From contig MU058687.1 of assembly GCA_013265495.1 (NCBI GenBank), forward strand, positions 3,226,001 through 3,290,000: DNA of 64,000 nucleotides. Reading direction: 5' to 3'. The position numbers and the translations under genes are program-made. Positions 52,120-63,570 of this stretch are shown in pieces (the first letter of the stretch is position 1; every line of letters starts with the position of its first letter). Under the pieces are notes generated by a model. The model saw only the letters and a program-made list of their open reading frames with translations, did no database searches and had not been told where the DNA came from. This stretch comes from Vicugna vicugna (lineage: Eukaryota).

Positions 52120-52448
52120 CCCCCACCCCAAAACCTCAGTATTACCCTAATACCACTTAGAATTCTGTGGATAATGCTTAACTACTTTTCCCTCACTTTT
52201 CATAATCTCTTAATTACCAAGCCCTGTAGACAATGTATTTTTCAGGCCTTATCATCTTTTGCATGGATTATTAAGCTAAATTCTTAATTGTGCTTTTTTG
52301 CAATGACTAAATTTTCAATCCATTTTCCTCACTGCCACAAAAATTATCTTTCTAAAGTGAAAAATCTGTTACTAATCTTGATGAATTCCCCCCATCTATA
52401 GGATAAAGTCCACAATTTCCTACTATGAAATAAAATTCCTATTTTATG

Positions 52449-52859
52449 GCAAGACAAAAAAAATTCAAGCATAAACATTTTTTTCTGCCCTTTGCCCCTC
52501 CCCCACTGTGCATTGTGTATCTGCATTATGCATTGACCAAACCTCCCTCATTGGCAGAAAGATCTGCTCACATAAAGAGTAACATTCTTCTAGTACCAAC
52601 AAGACAACTCCTTAAATGGTAACATTCCTTCTTGATCTTGTAAGGGGATGCTTAGATCTGGATTGTGTAAACTGTCAATAACACATCATTTAATGTACAG
52701 CCCTCTGTCTCAAAAAACTTACGTGCAACTGTGTCTTCACTTCTAACAGGCAGAACAGTTCTCAGAGCTTTCTGAGATGCTGTCCCAGGTTATAATCCTC
52801 AGTTTGGCTTGAATAAAATTTTCCATTTCTTTCTTAGATTGACTTATTTTTCACTGACA
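52449..52859 (+). mobile_element. ERV LTR-like element inserted in an L2 remnant
   Basis: LTR-type 3' end cagagctttctgagatgctgtcccagg...gaataaaattttcc...tttttcactgaca. Confidence 0.6.
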
Positions 52860-54171
52860 CTGTGTGGCATGCATACCCTCTTATAATCTGGCTCTAACTA
52901 ACCTTTTTCATTTCATCCCCAAGCACTGCCTACAAGGTATCCTACCTCCCATCTTTCGTGGCTGTTTATGACCATGCAATTTTCTATACTAAAGTGCTTT
53001 CTCCTCTCTTACCCCACTCTCTGCCTAGCAGACTTTTCTTACTTTTTCACATATAGTTCAAATACTTCTTCAGGGAAATCTTTTTCCTGGACTCAGTTTC
53101 TCTGTCTATTGTGCCCACATAGAACCTTGCAACTTCTTCTATTCAAGCATAGGGCTTTGGTGCTATAAATACCTTAAAAAAGTATCTGAATTCCTCCTTT
53201 AATAGCCCCTTCCTCAAAGGAAGGAACTGAGTTTTAATCTTCATATATATGCTAGTATCAAATATTTCTTAAAGCACAAATGTACTTTTTTAATAATTAA
53301 TGAAAATGAGACAGAAGAGTACTATATGATCTTTAATTGATCACTCTTGATTAAGCATTATGTTTTTATTGGGCTAATAAAAGATGTCAATTTACTTAAA
53401 TTTAGTATTTACTGAGTACCTTCTAATATATACAAAGAACTGTGGTTGGCATCAAGGCTACAAAAATTTCACGTCTCGGAGGCAGGGGCAAGGAGCATGG
53501 CAGGCAGTGGGAGGGAGAAGGGCCAGATGACAGGACTCACTACAATAAATGCTATAATAGCATCATAAAGTCTTAAAGGAGCAGAAAGGGGAAGGGATTA
53601 ATTCTGCTTCCACACTGAGAATATCAATGGAAAAAAGACTTCCCACATACAAAAATGGATACAAAGCATTTTGTAAGCTAATTTATGGAATAAATAAAGT
53701 TGCTTTACTTAAATGTAATTTCCTCTTGTCTTATTCTTTAAAAAATTATTTTTGAATAGATAATACATTCACAACATTCAAAAAGTACAGGAAAGTATCC
53801 ATTAATCAATTACTCCTACAAATAATTATTTAGTAACTACCATGCACTGAAGAATAAAAACAGAGGGCAAGGGGATAAAGAATGAGGGGAAACAGGAGAC
53901 TATTTTTAATTGAATAAGGGAATCATAAAATGATAGTAGAATGAAGGCCAAAAGGAAGTAATGCACTGATTGGTTATCTAAGGGAAGAGCTTTCCAGGTA
54001 GAAGGAACAGCATGTAAAAAGAGCAGCCTGATGTGTTCAAAGAATAGAATGGAGGCCAGTACTGCTGGAGAATAAATGAAAGAAATGGTAGGAGATGAGG
54101 TTAGAGAGCCAGATCACCTAGGTCCTGCAGCTTTGGTAAAGACTTTTGATTTTATTCTAAGTGTGATGGGG

Positions 54172-54840
54172 CTGTAAACAAAGAATTTGACTGGCCTCTG
54201 TCCCTGGTTCTTTAGAGAAAGCTTTAAAGCCCTTGGAATTTCTTAGAGGGATGGGAGTATCCATCATTCACTGTGGGCCTTAAGAAGATGCTAAGGATGT
54301 AGGTTTGTCAAGCTAGAAAGAACAAGTGATTAGAGGGTTGAGGCTTGAAGTGATATGAGCAGGACCTACTGGGATAGTGGAGGGCTAGAGTTCAGTCATG
54401 TGGTCAGTAAGTCAATCAATCATGCCTCAGTAGTGAAAACCCAATAAAAACTGTGAACAGTAGGCCTCAGGGGAGCCTCCTGGGAGGGCTACTTGGCCTG
54501 ATTCCACAGGAAGAGAACATGGAAGCTCGGTATTCAGGATCCTCCCTCTTTTCATTGGATGGTCCTGATTTGCATCTTTTATAATAAAATTATCATCGTT
54601 AAGTATAATGTTTTCTTGAGTTTTATGAGTTATTCTAGTGAGTTAATGAACCTGAGATGGTTATGGGAACTCTCTTGAATTTGTAAGCATTTGGTCAGAA
54701 ATGTGCATAGCTTGGGGATCTCCCAAACTTGTGAGTGGTGTCTGAAGTGAGGATAGTTTGGTTAAGGACCACACCCTTAGCTTGTGATGTCTGTACTGAC
54801 TGGATGGTTTGCATTAGAATTGAATTGCAGTACTGCAGGA
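54172..54840 (+). mobile_element. MER21C-like LTR inserted in L2
   Basis: gcccttggaatttc...caatcaatcatgcct...ttgagttttatgagttattctagtgagttaatgaacctgag...agaattgaattg. Confidence 0.65.
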
Positions 54841-56876
54841 GAGACGTGACATAATTTCTGTACTTTATGTAGAAAACAGACTGAAGAGGCACAAGAACAC
54901 ACAGGGAAACTGGTAAGGAGGCTACTGCAGTAAGTGATGGTGGCTTAGACTAATGTGGTTATGATGGAGATACTGAGAAATCATTTTATTTACTAAGACT
55001 GTAGACCTTACTATATATTTGCTGGAGAGCTGGAGTTAGGAGTTTTTAATGGCTGCATTCTACAGCCGGGGTATGTCATGCTTGATTTATCTGATCTCCT
55101 GTGGACAGACACTTAGGTTGTTTCTCATTTTTCCTCCCATTACAAACAATGCTGCAATGAAGATGCTTCTATCTAACTAGTGCACTCTTGTGCAAGAAAT
55201 CTTTAGCTACACTATTCACTGACAATAAACTTTGAACAAAACATAGGATTGAGATGTCCTAATTTTGTGAACAGACCTATTTTTGCTTCTATGTTCCAAA
55301 CATTTTTTCATTTCTTACAAAAGTTTCTTCTTCGCTGACCACAGAAAACTAGAAAGTTAAAACTGAAAGGATCCTTAGAGTTCCTCTAGTTCAGTGGTTC
55401 TCAATGTGGATGTTACGGTAGATAATCAATTTCTAAGGAAATCTTTTTGAAACACAGCTCCTCTCCCTTGCTGATATGCTCTGGGAAAGTGAGAGGGCTG
55501 GTACATACTGTCTAGGTGACTCTGACCAAGATTCAGCCACCTTGAATGGTTTATCCAGTCCAATCCTTTTGTTTGCCAGATGAGGAAACTGAACACATAT
55601 TCAATAATGACAGAAGGAGAATTAGGGCTCTAATCAATTTTCAAAGCTGCCAGCAATGTCTGAGCATATCAATTTCGCCCAACCTTTGACAGCAGAAAGT
55701 ACGACCATCTTATTTTTTATTTTTGCTAATTTATTAGGCCAAAAAAAGTATCTTATCATTGTTTATAGGATGATTTATTAAAGAGATTCATCTAAGCTAT
55801 CTTAGAAGATGACAACTGGGATTTCTACATTTATTTGTCAGAAACAAAAAAGTCAATTACATGAAAACACGCTGGTTGGTTAACAAACTCTAAACTCTCT
55901 GACTAATTTCACTCAGTCCTGATCTTCCTTTACTTTGCTCTCAATTCTACAGAAGACATACTTAAGAACAGGATTTTCCTCACTGCTCTCGCTTATACCG
56001 TAACCTACAGCAAGAAGTCTTTAAAGGAAAACTAATGCAATTTATTTTTGTTTTCCTGTCCCCTTTCAACTTAAGAAAATTTTCTATTCCCCGTTATAAT
56101 TAACATGACTTAGTTTCTGAAAAGGGCACCATTAGAGCCACTTAGGTTTAAAGAGAACACAAAAAGTTGGTACAATGGTTTTACCAGGCTGTACTAAAGA
56201 TTTCTCACATATTATCTTGTTTAATCCTCATACCGTTGAATGAGGAAAAGACTTCAATGAGGCATAGAAAGGTTTGGAAATTTACTTAAGTTAACAAAGC
56301 TAGTAAGTGGCTGAGCCAGGATTTGAACCCAGGCAATCTGACTCTAGAACTAGCGCTCTACATTACTAACTACAATTTGGCCCTAACCTACCTTTCCTGT
56401 TTCTTCTCTTGCTAAATCTATTCATGACTTCCAAGGAACATCGTCCATTATCTATCTTTAATCTAGCCACTTACGTGACCATACTCATAATCTTTTAAAC
56501 TCTCTCCCTGTAGCTGCCAAATTATATTTCATTATATATTTACATGTGTCTGTCCTCAACCAACCTACAAATTCCTTGAAGAGAGGAACTGTCTTTTCTG
56601 TCTTGAATTTCTAACACTCAAGCACAGCATCTGACACAGCAGACTCAACAGGTATTTGCTGAATAAATACATGAATGTACACATTCTATGCTCCTATCTC
56701 ACAGAAGAATGTACTCTGCCTTTGCTCAGGCTGCTTTCTCTACTCAAAACAGCCTTCCTGCTTTCCTGATTGGCAAAATTCTAATCATTTTTGAAGATTC
56801 AGTTCAAATGGACAGAGAAAAAAAGAGGATAACGGACCTAGTTAAAAAATCATTTTTTCTTCTTTGATATCTTCTT

Positions 56877-57094
56877 TTTTTTTTTTTCATTTTTTTTACA
56901 TCTTCCATCCAGCCTGTGGGTGACTCAGAAGGGACTTGAGAACTGACTTAATGGTGAACTATTAAATCACTTATTTTATTTTGGGGTTGGGTGGTAATTG
57001 AGTTTGTTTATTTTTAGAGGAGGTACTGGGGATTGAACCCAGGACCTCCTGCATGCTAAGCATGTGCCCTACTACTTGAGCTATTCCCTCCCAC
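56877..57094 (-). mobile_element. tRNA-derived SINE with an extra 3' segment, in ALKBH1 intron 3
   Basis: SINE body 57094-56971, extra segment 56970-56898, poly(A); 18-bp TSD CTTCTTTGATATCTTCTT 56859-56876 / 57095-57112. Confidence 0.9.
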
Positions 57095-57527
57095 CTTCTT
57101 TGATATCTTCTTACTGCCTGGAAGAATTATTTCTTCCTCTGGCCCCCACAGCATCTTCCTAAATACCTACTGTAATACTTTCTGAGCTCTATTTTAACTA
57201 TTCCTGCTCATACTGACTTCTTGCCAGAGACTATGCACCCCTGAGTGCAGGAACAGTGTCCTGTTTATCTTTGTATCTCTAACGCTTAGCATCATGCCTA
57301 GCACACAGCTAATCCTCAAAAAAATATTTGCAGAATGAATGCGTGTTGAAACAATTTTAAGGTACAAAGATTAGTTTTCATGAAGAACAACTGACCTACC
57401 ATAAAACAGCTAGTAACACTGACTGCATCTAGGAGAGCAGAAGTAAAGAGCTTTCAGTGTTACTATCTCCAGGATACTGTAAGTCTTCAAAGGAACTCCC
57501 TTTAAGTAAAAAAAAAAAAAGGGGCTG

Positions 57528-57600
57528 GAACACTGGAATTTGACACAACATTGTAAAATGATTATAAATCAATAAAAAGAAAATTGTAAATTAAAAAAAA
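57528..57600 (+). mobile_element. Very short young L1 3' tail
   Basis: gaacactggaatttgacacaacattgtaaaatgattataaatcaataaaa; imperfect TSD AAAA(G)GGGCTG. Confidence 0.75.
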
Positions 57601-57890
57601 AAGGGCTGAAGCTGAATAAAAATGGATCATCTCATGATTAATAAGGATGACCTTGATATCTAAGTTATGATAAGCAAATCTTTAAAACGGATCTCAATTT
57701 AATACAACTGTCAAAGCATCTGCTGTCCAAATGTTCCTGGGGGAAGGAATACAATTGTGCTGTATTTGAGTGGAAACTGGGAAAAATAAAGGTCAGGCGC
57801 TTTCACCGAACTGTTACACAGTGGTTCCTATAAAGATCTGTGATGACCTGACCTGAATCCTAACACTTTTTTATGATTGATAAGACTTAC

Positions 57891-58053
57891 CTTAGAAACT
57901 CTTTGCTCTGTTCCCACAAATCCTGGGTCTCTTCTGTAACCAAGTGTTTGTCCAGGTTACATACATTAGGTTTCCGGGAATATAACTTAAGGCACTGCTT
58001 CACCCAGTGCCACTGGTAACCTGGGAGGAAGGGGTTTGGGATAAAAATAAACC
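57891..58053 (-). CDS. ALKBH1: ALKBH1 exon 3 (163 nt)
   Basis: Acceptor cttttgtatag|GG; (G)FIFIPNPFLPGYQWHWVKQCLKLYSRKPNVCNLDKHLVTEETQDLWEQSKEFL(R); donor AG|gtaagt. Confidence 0.96.
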
Positions 58054-58451
58054 CTATACAAAAGATGGATGAGAAAAAAAGGAGAGGAGGAATCCTCCAT
58101 CAGTTATTCAGATCATTTATTTTTGTTGACATACTTATACCCTTACTTTATTATTTACTTCTCATGCTTCCAGTGGCTTCCACATATAAGCATATGTTCT
58201 CATTCCAGTGCTCCAATTTCAGAGGAAGAGGAGTTCCTTCAAGTTAATAAAACATTGTTCTGATGATGAACATCAGACATCTAACACTATGAAATTACCT
58301 CTGGCTTTTTAGGTTATTCTCAAGAGAACAAATATTCTACAACTATCAATTATATTGCTCCAGAGCAAACTTTAGAACTGAAATTGCCAAGGCACCCCTC
58401 AAATTTTCACCAGGTATTATTTATAGAGGTTGTAGCTGCTTTTGTGATAAC

Positions 58452-58675
58452 TCAGCCTTTAGTGAGTTGTAATCTTTTTGCTGCTGGAGGATTTAAAATA
58501 CTTTGAGAATTACCAAAAATGTGATGCAAAGACATGAAATGAGCAAATGCTGTTGGAAAAATGGCACCAAAAGGCTTGCTTAATGCAGGGCTGCCACAAA
58601 CCTTCAGTTTGTTAAAAAACAAAACAAAACAAAACAAAAAAAACACACAGTATCTGCAAAGCACAATAAAATGCG
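58452..58675 (-). mobile_element. Tigger1-derived DNA transposon fragment in ALKBH1 intron 2
   Basis: Reverse complement matches the Tigger1 left end: tttattgtgctttgcagatactg...gaaggtttgtggcagccctgc...ccatttttccaacagcatttgctc. Confidence 0.75.
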
Positions 58676-59775
58676 TAAAATGCCTTTACTCCAATTTGGA
58701 CAACAGAAAACCAAACTGGGTGATAAATCTGTAGTCTGAACAATCTGTTAAGGGAAGAAGGCACAGCAATAGAAACATGGCCTTGAAAACAGGAGCTAGG
58801 TCAGAAAAGTAAAGGGCAGCCTTCGAGAACAAAAAGTGCATAAAACACCACTGGGATGTATGCTCCTCATTTACCCAAACACATGAAGAGCTATGCTTTC
58901 ACATATAAATGTCACCACTCAACTGTTTCTCTTGACTTCAGACATAAAACCTGAAGTCTGTCTATAATACAGAACTAAAGTGCACGAGGCCTTTCATAAG
59001 TGTTAAAGCTGTTACCCCTTCCCATGTTATCAATATATACTTTAATGGTCATAAGGTACTAAGAGCTGCAACACAGACCTGGCCCTTGGCACAACAAAAA
59101 TTGAGTTTTTAAAAGGAGTCTCTCTTGCTTTTGATCCATATTTTAAATCACAAGTGCAATGTTAACTTTAAACCCTCTAGAAAGAAACAGGATGTAGATA
59201 TAAGATTGTTTGGCCAAATGAGGCATTCCTGTATTTTCTAAATAGTTCATAATAATCTACAATGGCCCCATGATCCTAGAAAAAAGGTTAATAACATTAC
59301 CCACTCTTCTGTGAAGTGAGCTACCCAGTATCACCAAAATTCAAAATTCTAGACAATTAAGTCTATTAGGACTTTTAATCTCATTAACTGTAATTCCTTT
59401 TAAAAAAATTCAGCCTTGATGACAGCAACAATTTCTAAGTTGTTATGCCATTTGAGAATCCAGGGATTCTGTGACTGGAGTGAACATTATGAATTACCAC
59501 GTCAGTTCAAAGTGGTTCTCCTGGAGGAGATGTTCAGATGTACCTCGTTTGTCACTTTCTGCACTATAAGGCAGACAGTACTGACTCCAGTTCTATCCTT
59601 TAGGAATGCTAAATAAATGGAAATCTTAGATGAGGCAGAATTCAGGAGGGGTTTGGGAGTGGAACATTTCCATGTGTTCAGTTTTCTCCTTTGTCTATTT
59701 ACTTGCTTATAGCTTCTTCTCTGAAATTAGACAAATGATTGAGAGATTTTGCCTTCTGTGGTCAACTGCACTCAC

Positions 59776-59884
59776 CAGGATATCCTTGGAGTCCGTAGGC
59801 TCGCCACTTGCTGACTGGCTGAAGTCCTGCTCTGTATGCATCGTGGTCACTGACTGAGGACACATTTAGCTGAGATCTGACCAC
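59776..59884 (-). CDS. ALKBH1: ALKBH1 exon 2 (109 nt)
   Basis: Acceptor tttctgtcctgccag|[39 protein letters not shown](G); donor G|gtgagt. Confidence 0.96.
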
Positions 59885-62123
59885 CTGGCAGGACAGAAAC
59901 GGGTTAGAGGGTAAAACTATTTTACAGGTTAACTCAGAATTTCAAACGTCTAAGGGCATTTCTGATATGGGGCAGTTAGGAGTCATAAGCCTGGGTTCTT
60001 CAATTTAGTTCTACCACTTAATTGATGTAAGAGTTAGATAAGTCATTTAACTTTTGAGAACCTCAGTTTCCTCACCTATGTACTGCTAAACACTACAGAG
60101 ATATATAAAATTGAAGTAGTGATGAAAAGCAGGCTGATTTTGGTCTTTAAGACTACATTTTCCTATGATACCACAACTTTGCTATTTCTTTGAATCATGA
60201 AACGTGTTTAGTATATGGAATACCCTGAGTCACAATGCTATTAACTTTGGTTAGTGCTAATAATAATGTTTCTGGGGAACTTATATACAGTCAGTGTTTA
60301 AATAGAGCTATGAGGGACACCAGGCTGGGAGGGTGAGTGCTTTAAACAGACAGAAAAAAATGTTTCAGTAAAACACTGGGAATCCTGTTTGCTGAAAGTA
60401 CATTTGCTCTCTTTTAGATGAAACTTCAAACTGAAACTCCCAACTCTTTGCCTTTGTTAATTACTTAGAAATTAAGCTTTTAAGGGGTTTATGAAGTTTT
60501 CTTTCACTTAAGAGCCATCTCTGGATCATTAAATTGGTTAAGAGATCCAGTATGTAGTCACAATATGTAAGGACATTTAGAAAAAAAAAAAACTTTATTC
60601 TTACATGAATAATAAACTTAGAGCCTGGCTTGACTTAGAATACATCAAATGTTCTCTCCCAAAGAGATATGATCTATTATTCTATTAACTTTGTCAAGAG
60701 TGGAGATTTCCAGACAAACTACCAAGTGGCTGGTGTATATGCAGGCTCTGTAATAAAACGGCTGTCTGGAACTCTCTGAGAGTCCTGACCATCTAACTCT
60801 TCCAGGTACCTAGAGGATAAAACGTTTTTATTTCAAAAACTTCGTAATGATTTCTTAAATATGTCATACTTAACCCTGCACTATAATCCAGTAAAATCCT
60901 CAAATGTGAAAGAAGTTTGCGGACCTAATCTATTATTCTAAACTGAACCAAACCTCTCAATCTTTTAATGTTTTCTGCTTGCTCCCTTGCTAGACTATTA
61001 GCCATCACTTTCCCCACTTCTCTCATTGGATGTCTTGTTAATAGCAACTTTCTTCTTCTCTAATTTGCTACTTTCAATTTGTTTTGAGCTGGGGAACTAA
61101 ATACTAATCAAGTATTATATACTCAACAGATAGTATATTTACTGAGTACTTACTGTTTTAGGTACTGTGCTAAACACAATATCCCCTTCTCAGGTGGCTT
61201 ACATTCTAAAATTATCTAAGTATTATGGTAAAATATGGGCAAAAGGAGTTGAATGAAGGTTTGAGGGGTTCTCCCGTAAGTATATCGTTCTTGGACTTTC
61301 TGTATGTTATTTTGACAACTCTAAGACAATCCCTCCTAACAAATGAAGTTTCTAAGAAGCTGAGTTTTAGACAAATATGAGGTTATTATAGCATTCCAAT
61401 TTTACTGACAGTTATTACTAAGCTTGGAAAGAATGTCTCATCCAGACATCTGTGGACAACACCAAGGGCAAATTAGAGATCTGGTATCCTCGGTGTTAAA
61501 GCAATTGTAAAGAAAACATACATTACAGTTGTGACTCTCCTTGTGTCTCCTGCTCCTCCCCCTATGTTCCTTTCCTTAATTTCCAAGAAGAATAATACAG
61601 AAATAATGTTCGGTGTTTGGATTAATTTGCCCTTTATTTTCAACATTAAGGGATTATCTCAGAATCTTTCAATGCCCTCTTTCTAAACGGCCCAGAGAAT
61701 TCAAGGCCTTTTATGGGCAATGGCTTAACTAACAACATCAATCTCTCAGATCTGTGATTACTCAGGTTGTTGGTTTCTTCAAACTGCAGGGCACTACCCT
61801 AGCGTCTACGAACGCAGTTTACGGATTTTCACACAAATCAAAGTAGAAACGCAAATGTACAGTTAACAGAAAGAATATAAACACCAATTTCCAGGCATTT
61901 TTTGGCCGAAGCCGCGGACAAGAATAGCTGCGTGAAGAAACGGGCAGCAGAACTCTTCCTCGCCAAACTGTGACGCTTCATGGGCAGTTCAACTCCGCGC
62001 CCGCGGAAGGCGGGGATCGCTCAATAAAAGTCTGGAAACGAAAAGAGGTGAGGAGAACATTGAAACCTCTCCAAGAAGCGAGGGGAGGTGACGGGGAGGC
62101 GCGCGCCGCTCCTCTCTCCGTAC

Positions 62124-62306
62124 CTTGTGGGCACCAGGACCCGTGCTGCGGGCTGCATGGGCCGCCGAGAAATCGATGACCCCTCCCAGGTCTGCGGTCC
62201 CGGGGCGGCTCTGCCGGTAGAAGCGGAAAAGCTTCCGAAAGGCGTCCTCCCCAGGTTCCGTCGCCAGTGTCGCCACAGAGCCCATGGCTGCCGCCATCTT
62301 CCCCAT
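62124..62306 (-). CDS. ALKBH1: ALKBH1 coding exon 1 (183 nt)
   Basis: [61 protein letters not shown]; donor AAG|GTACGG, phase 0. Confidence 0.97.
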
Positions 62307-62413
62307 CTCGCTTGCCCGGCCTCCTCTGGCCCGGAAGCTGGTTTCCGTGCTCCGGATCAGGCAAGCGCTTCCGGAGTCGCAACCTCAGGTCGCGGAGTTC
62401 CCTAAATCTAAAG

Positions 62414-62510
62414 ATGGCGGCTTCGGGTGTGAGGGGTGCTATGGCTTTGCGTACGAATATTGGCCGGCCCGTTGCATTTGTCAGAAAAATTCCGTGGACC
62501 GCGGGCTCGA
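62414..62510 (+). CDS. SLIRP: SRA stem-loop interacting RNA-binding protein, coding exon 1 (97 nt; rest beyond window)
   Basis: [32 protein letters not shown](S) matches the SLIRP N-terminus and the start of its RRM (VAFVRxIPW). Donor A|gtgagt at 62510/62511; head-to-head with ALKBH1. Confidence 0.95.
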
Positions 62511-63094
62511 GTGAGTTGGAGATGTAGTAGGGGAGGAATTTTGGGGCCCAAGCAATCCTGAAAAGCTTTGCTTTCTGCGGAGCGCTTAAATCAACGTGGT
62601 AGCTGGATTAGGAGGCTGAGTTTGCTCCTGAGCAAGCCTGTGGGTAGAAGGAAATTTTGTTTGCAGTTAGCCGTTAAGGGATGCTCCTTGAGCTTTTGGG
62701 CCACGTAATCACGGTGTCCAGCCTTTCGGGGTTTAAAAGTTAAAGTTTACTTGGAAACTTTAAGATACACAATTTAGAAGGGGTTATTTTCACTGCAGTG
62801 TGGCGGATGGATTCGAAGTGGGAAGACTGGAGACAGAAGACGAATGAAAAAGGCTGACAGTAATTTAGTTCAAAGGCGAGGAACTGAACTTAAGGGTAGT
62901 GGTGGTGGTAGTGTTGGGGCGGGTAGGAGCGGTCAGATCCACTTATGTTAACCAAACAAGATTGACAGATTTTCATGATGGCTTGAATGGGGGAAAAGTA
63001 CGAAAGGAGGGAAAGGGAGGAATGACTTACAGGTTTTTAGCATTGGTGAATTTCGTGATCAGAATATAGAAGCAGGTCGAAAGAAGATGAGGAG

Positions 63095-63211
63095 GGGGAG
63101 GGTATAGCTCAGTGGTAGAGTGCATGCTTAGCATACACAGGGTCCTGGGTTCAATGCCCAGGACCTCCTCTAAAAATAAACATAATTACCTCCCCCCACC
63201 GAAAAAAAAAA
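63095..63211 (+). mobile_element. tRNA-derived SINE (camelid type) in SLIRP intron 1
   Basis: GGGGAGGGTATAGCTCAGTGGTAGAG...GGTTCAATGCC, poly(A), TSD AAGATGAGGAG 63084-63094 / 63212-63222. Confidence 0.9.
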
Positions 63212-63319
63212 AAGATGAGGAGTAAAGTTTAAATGTGTTTAGTTTGAGAAATCTATGTGGTTTCCGTCTGTTAGTTGGACAGAGGACGTTGTGTATGGAT
63301 TTAGAAATGCACTCCCACA

Positions 63320-63570
63320 GCCATATAGCCATACTCTTTGGGTTAGAATGACAGCTCCGCCATTTAGTAGTTGTGTAACCTTATTAACGGAAGGTAATTG
63401 GAGAATAGGGCTCACCACTGTGCCTCAGTTTCATCATTCATAAAATGGAATCAATAGTACCTTCCTCTTAAGATTGTGATTAGATTAAATGAGTTTATAT
63501 GTAAACTGTTTAGTCTTAGGGTCAGTACAGAGTAAGTACTCAATAAGTGATAGTTGTTTTGATGATTACT
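63320..63570 (+). mobile_element. MIR
   Basis: ctgtgcctcagtttcatcattcataaaatgg...gtaagtactcaataagtgatagttg. Confidence 0.65.

Larger units (their letters stand above)
61890..62600. promoter_or_regulatory. CpG island with bidirectional ALKBH1/SLIRP promoter
   Basis: CpG-rich; divergent ATGs at 62306 (-) and 62414 (+). ETS CCGGAAGC 62331-62338 and GCTTCCGG 62367-62374; YY1-type GCCGCCATCTT 62290-62300 and AAGATGGCGGC 62411-62421. Confidence 0.92.

Noticed and set aside
63095..63170. tRNA-like sequences (also near 14661, 27350, 39160 and 57020)
   Set aside because: They have A/B boxes but also A-rich tails, usually TSDs, and mutual divergence: SINEs, not tRNA genes.
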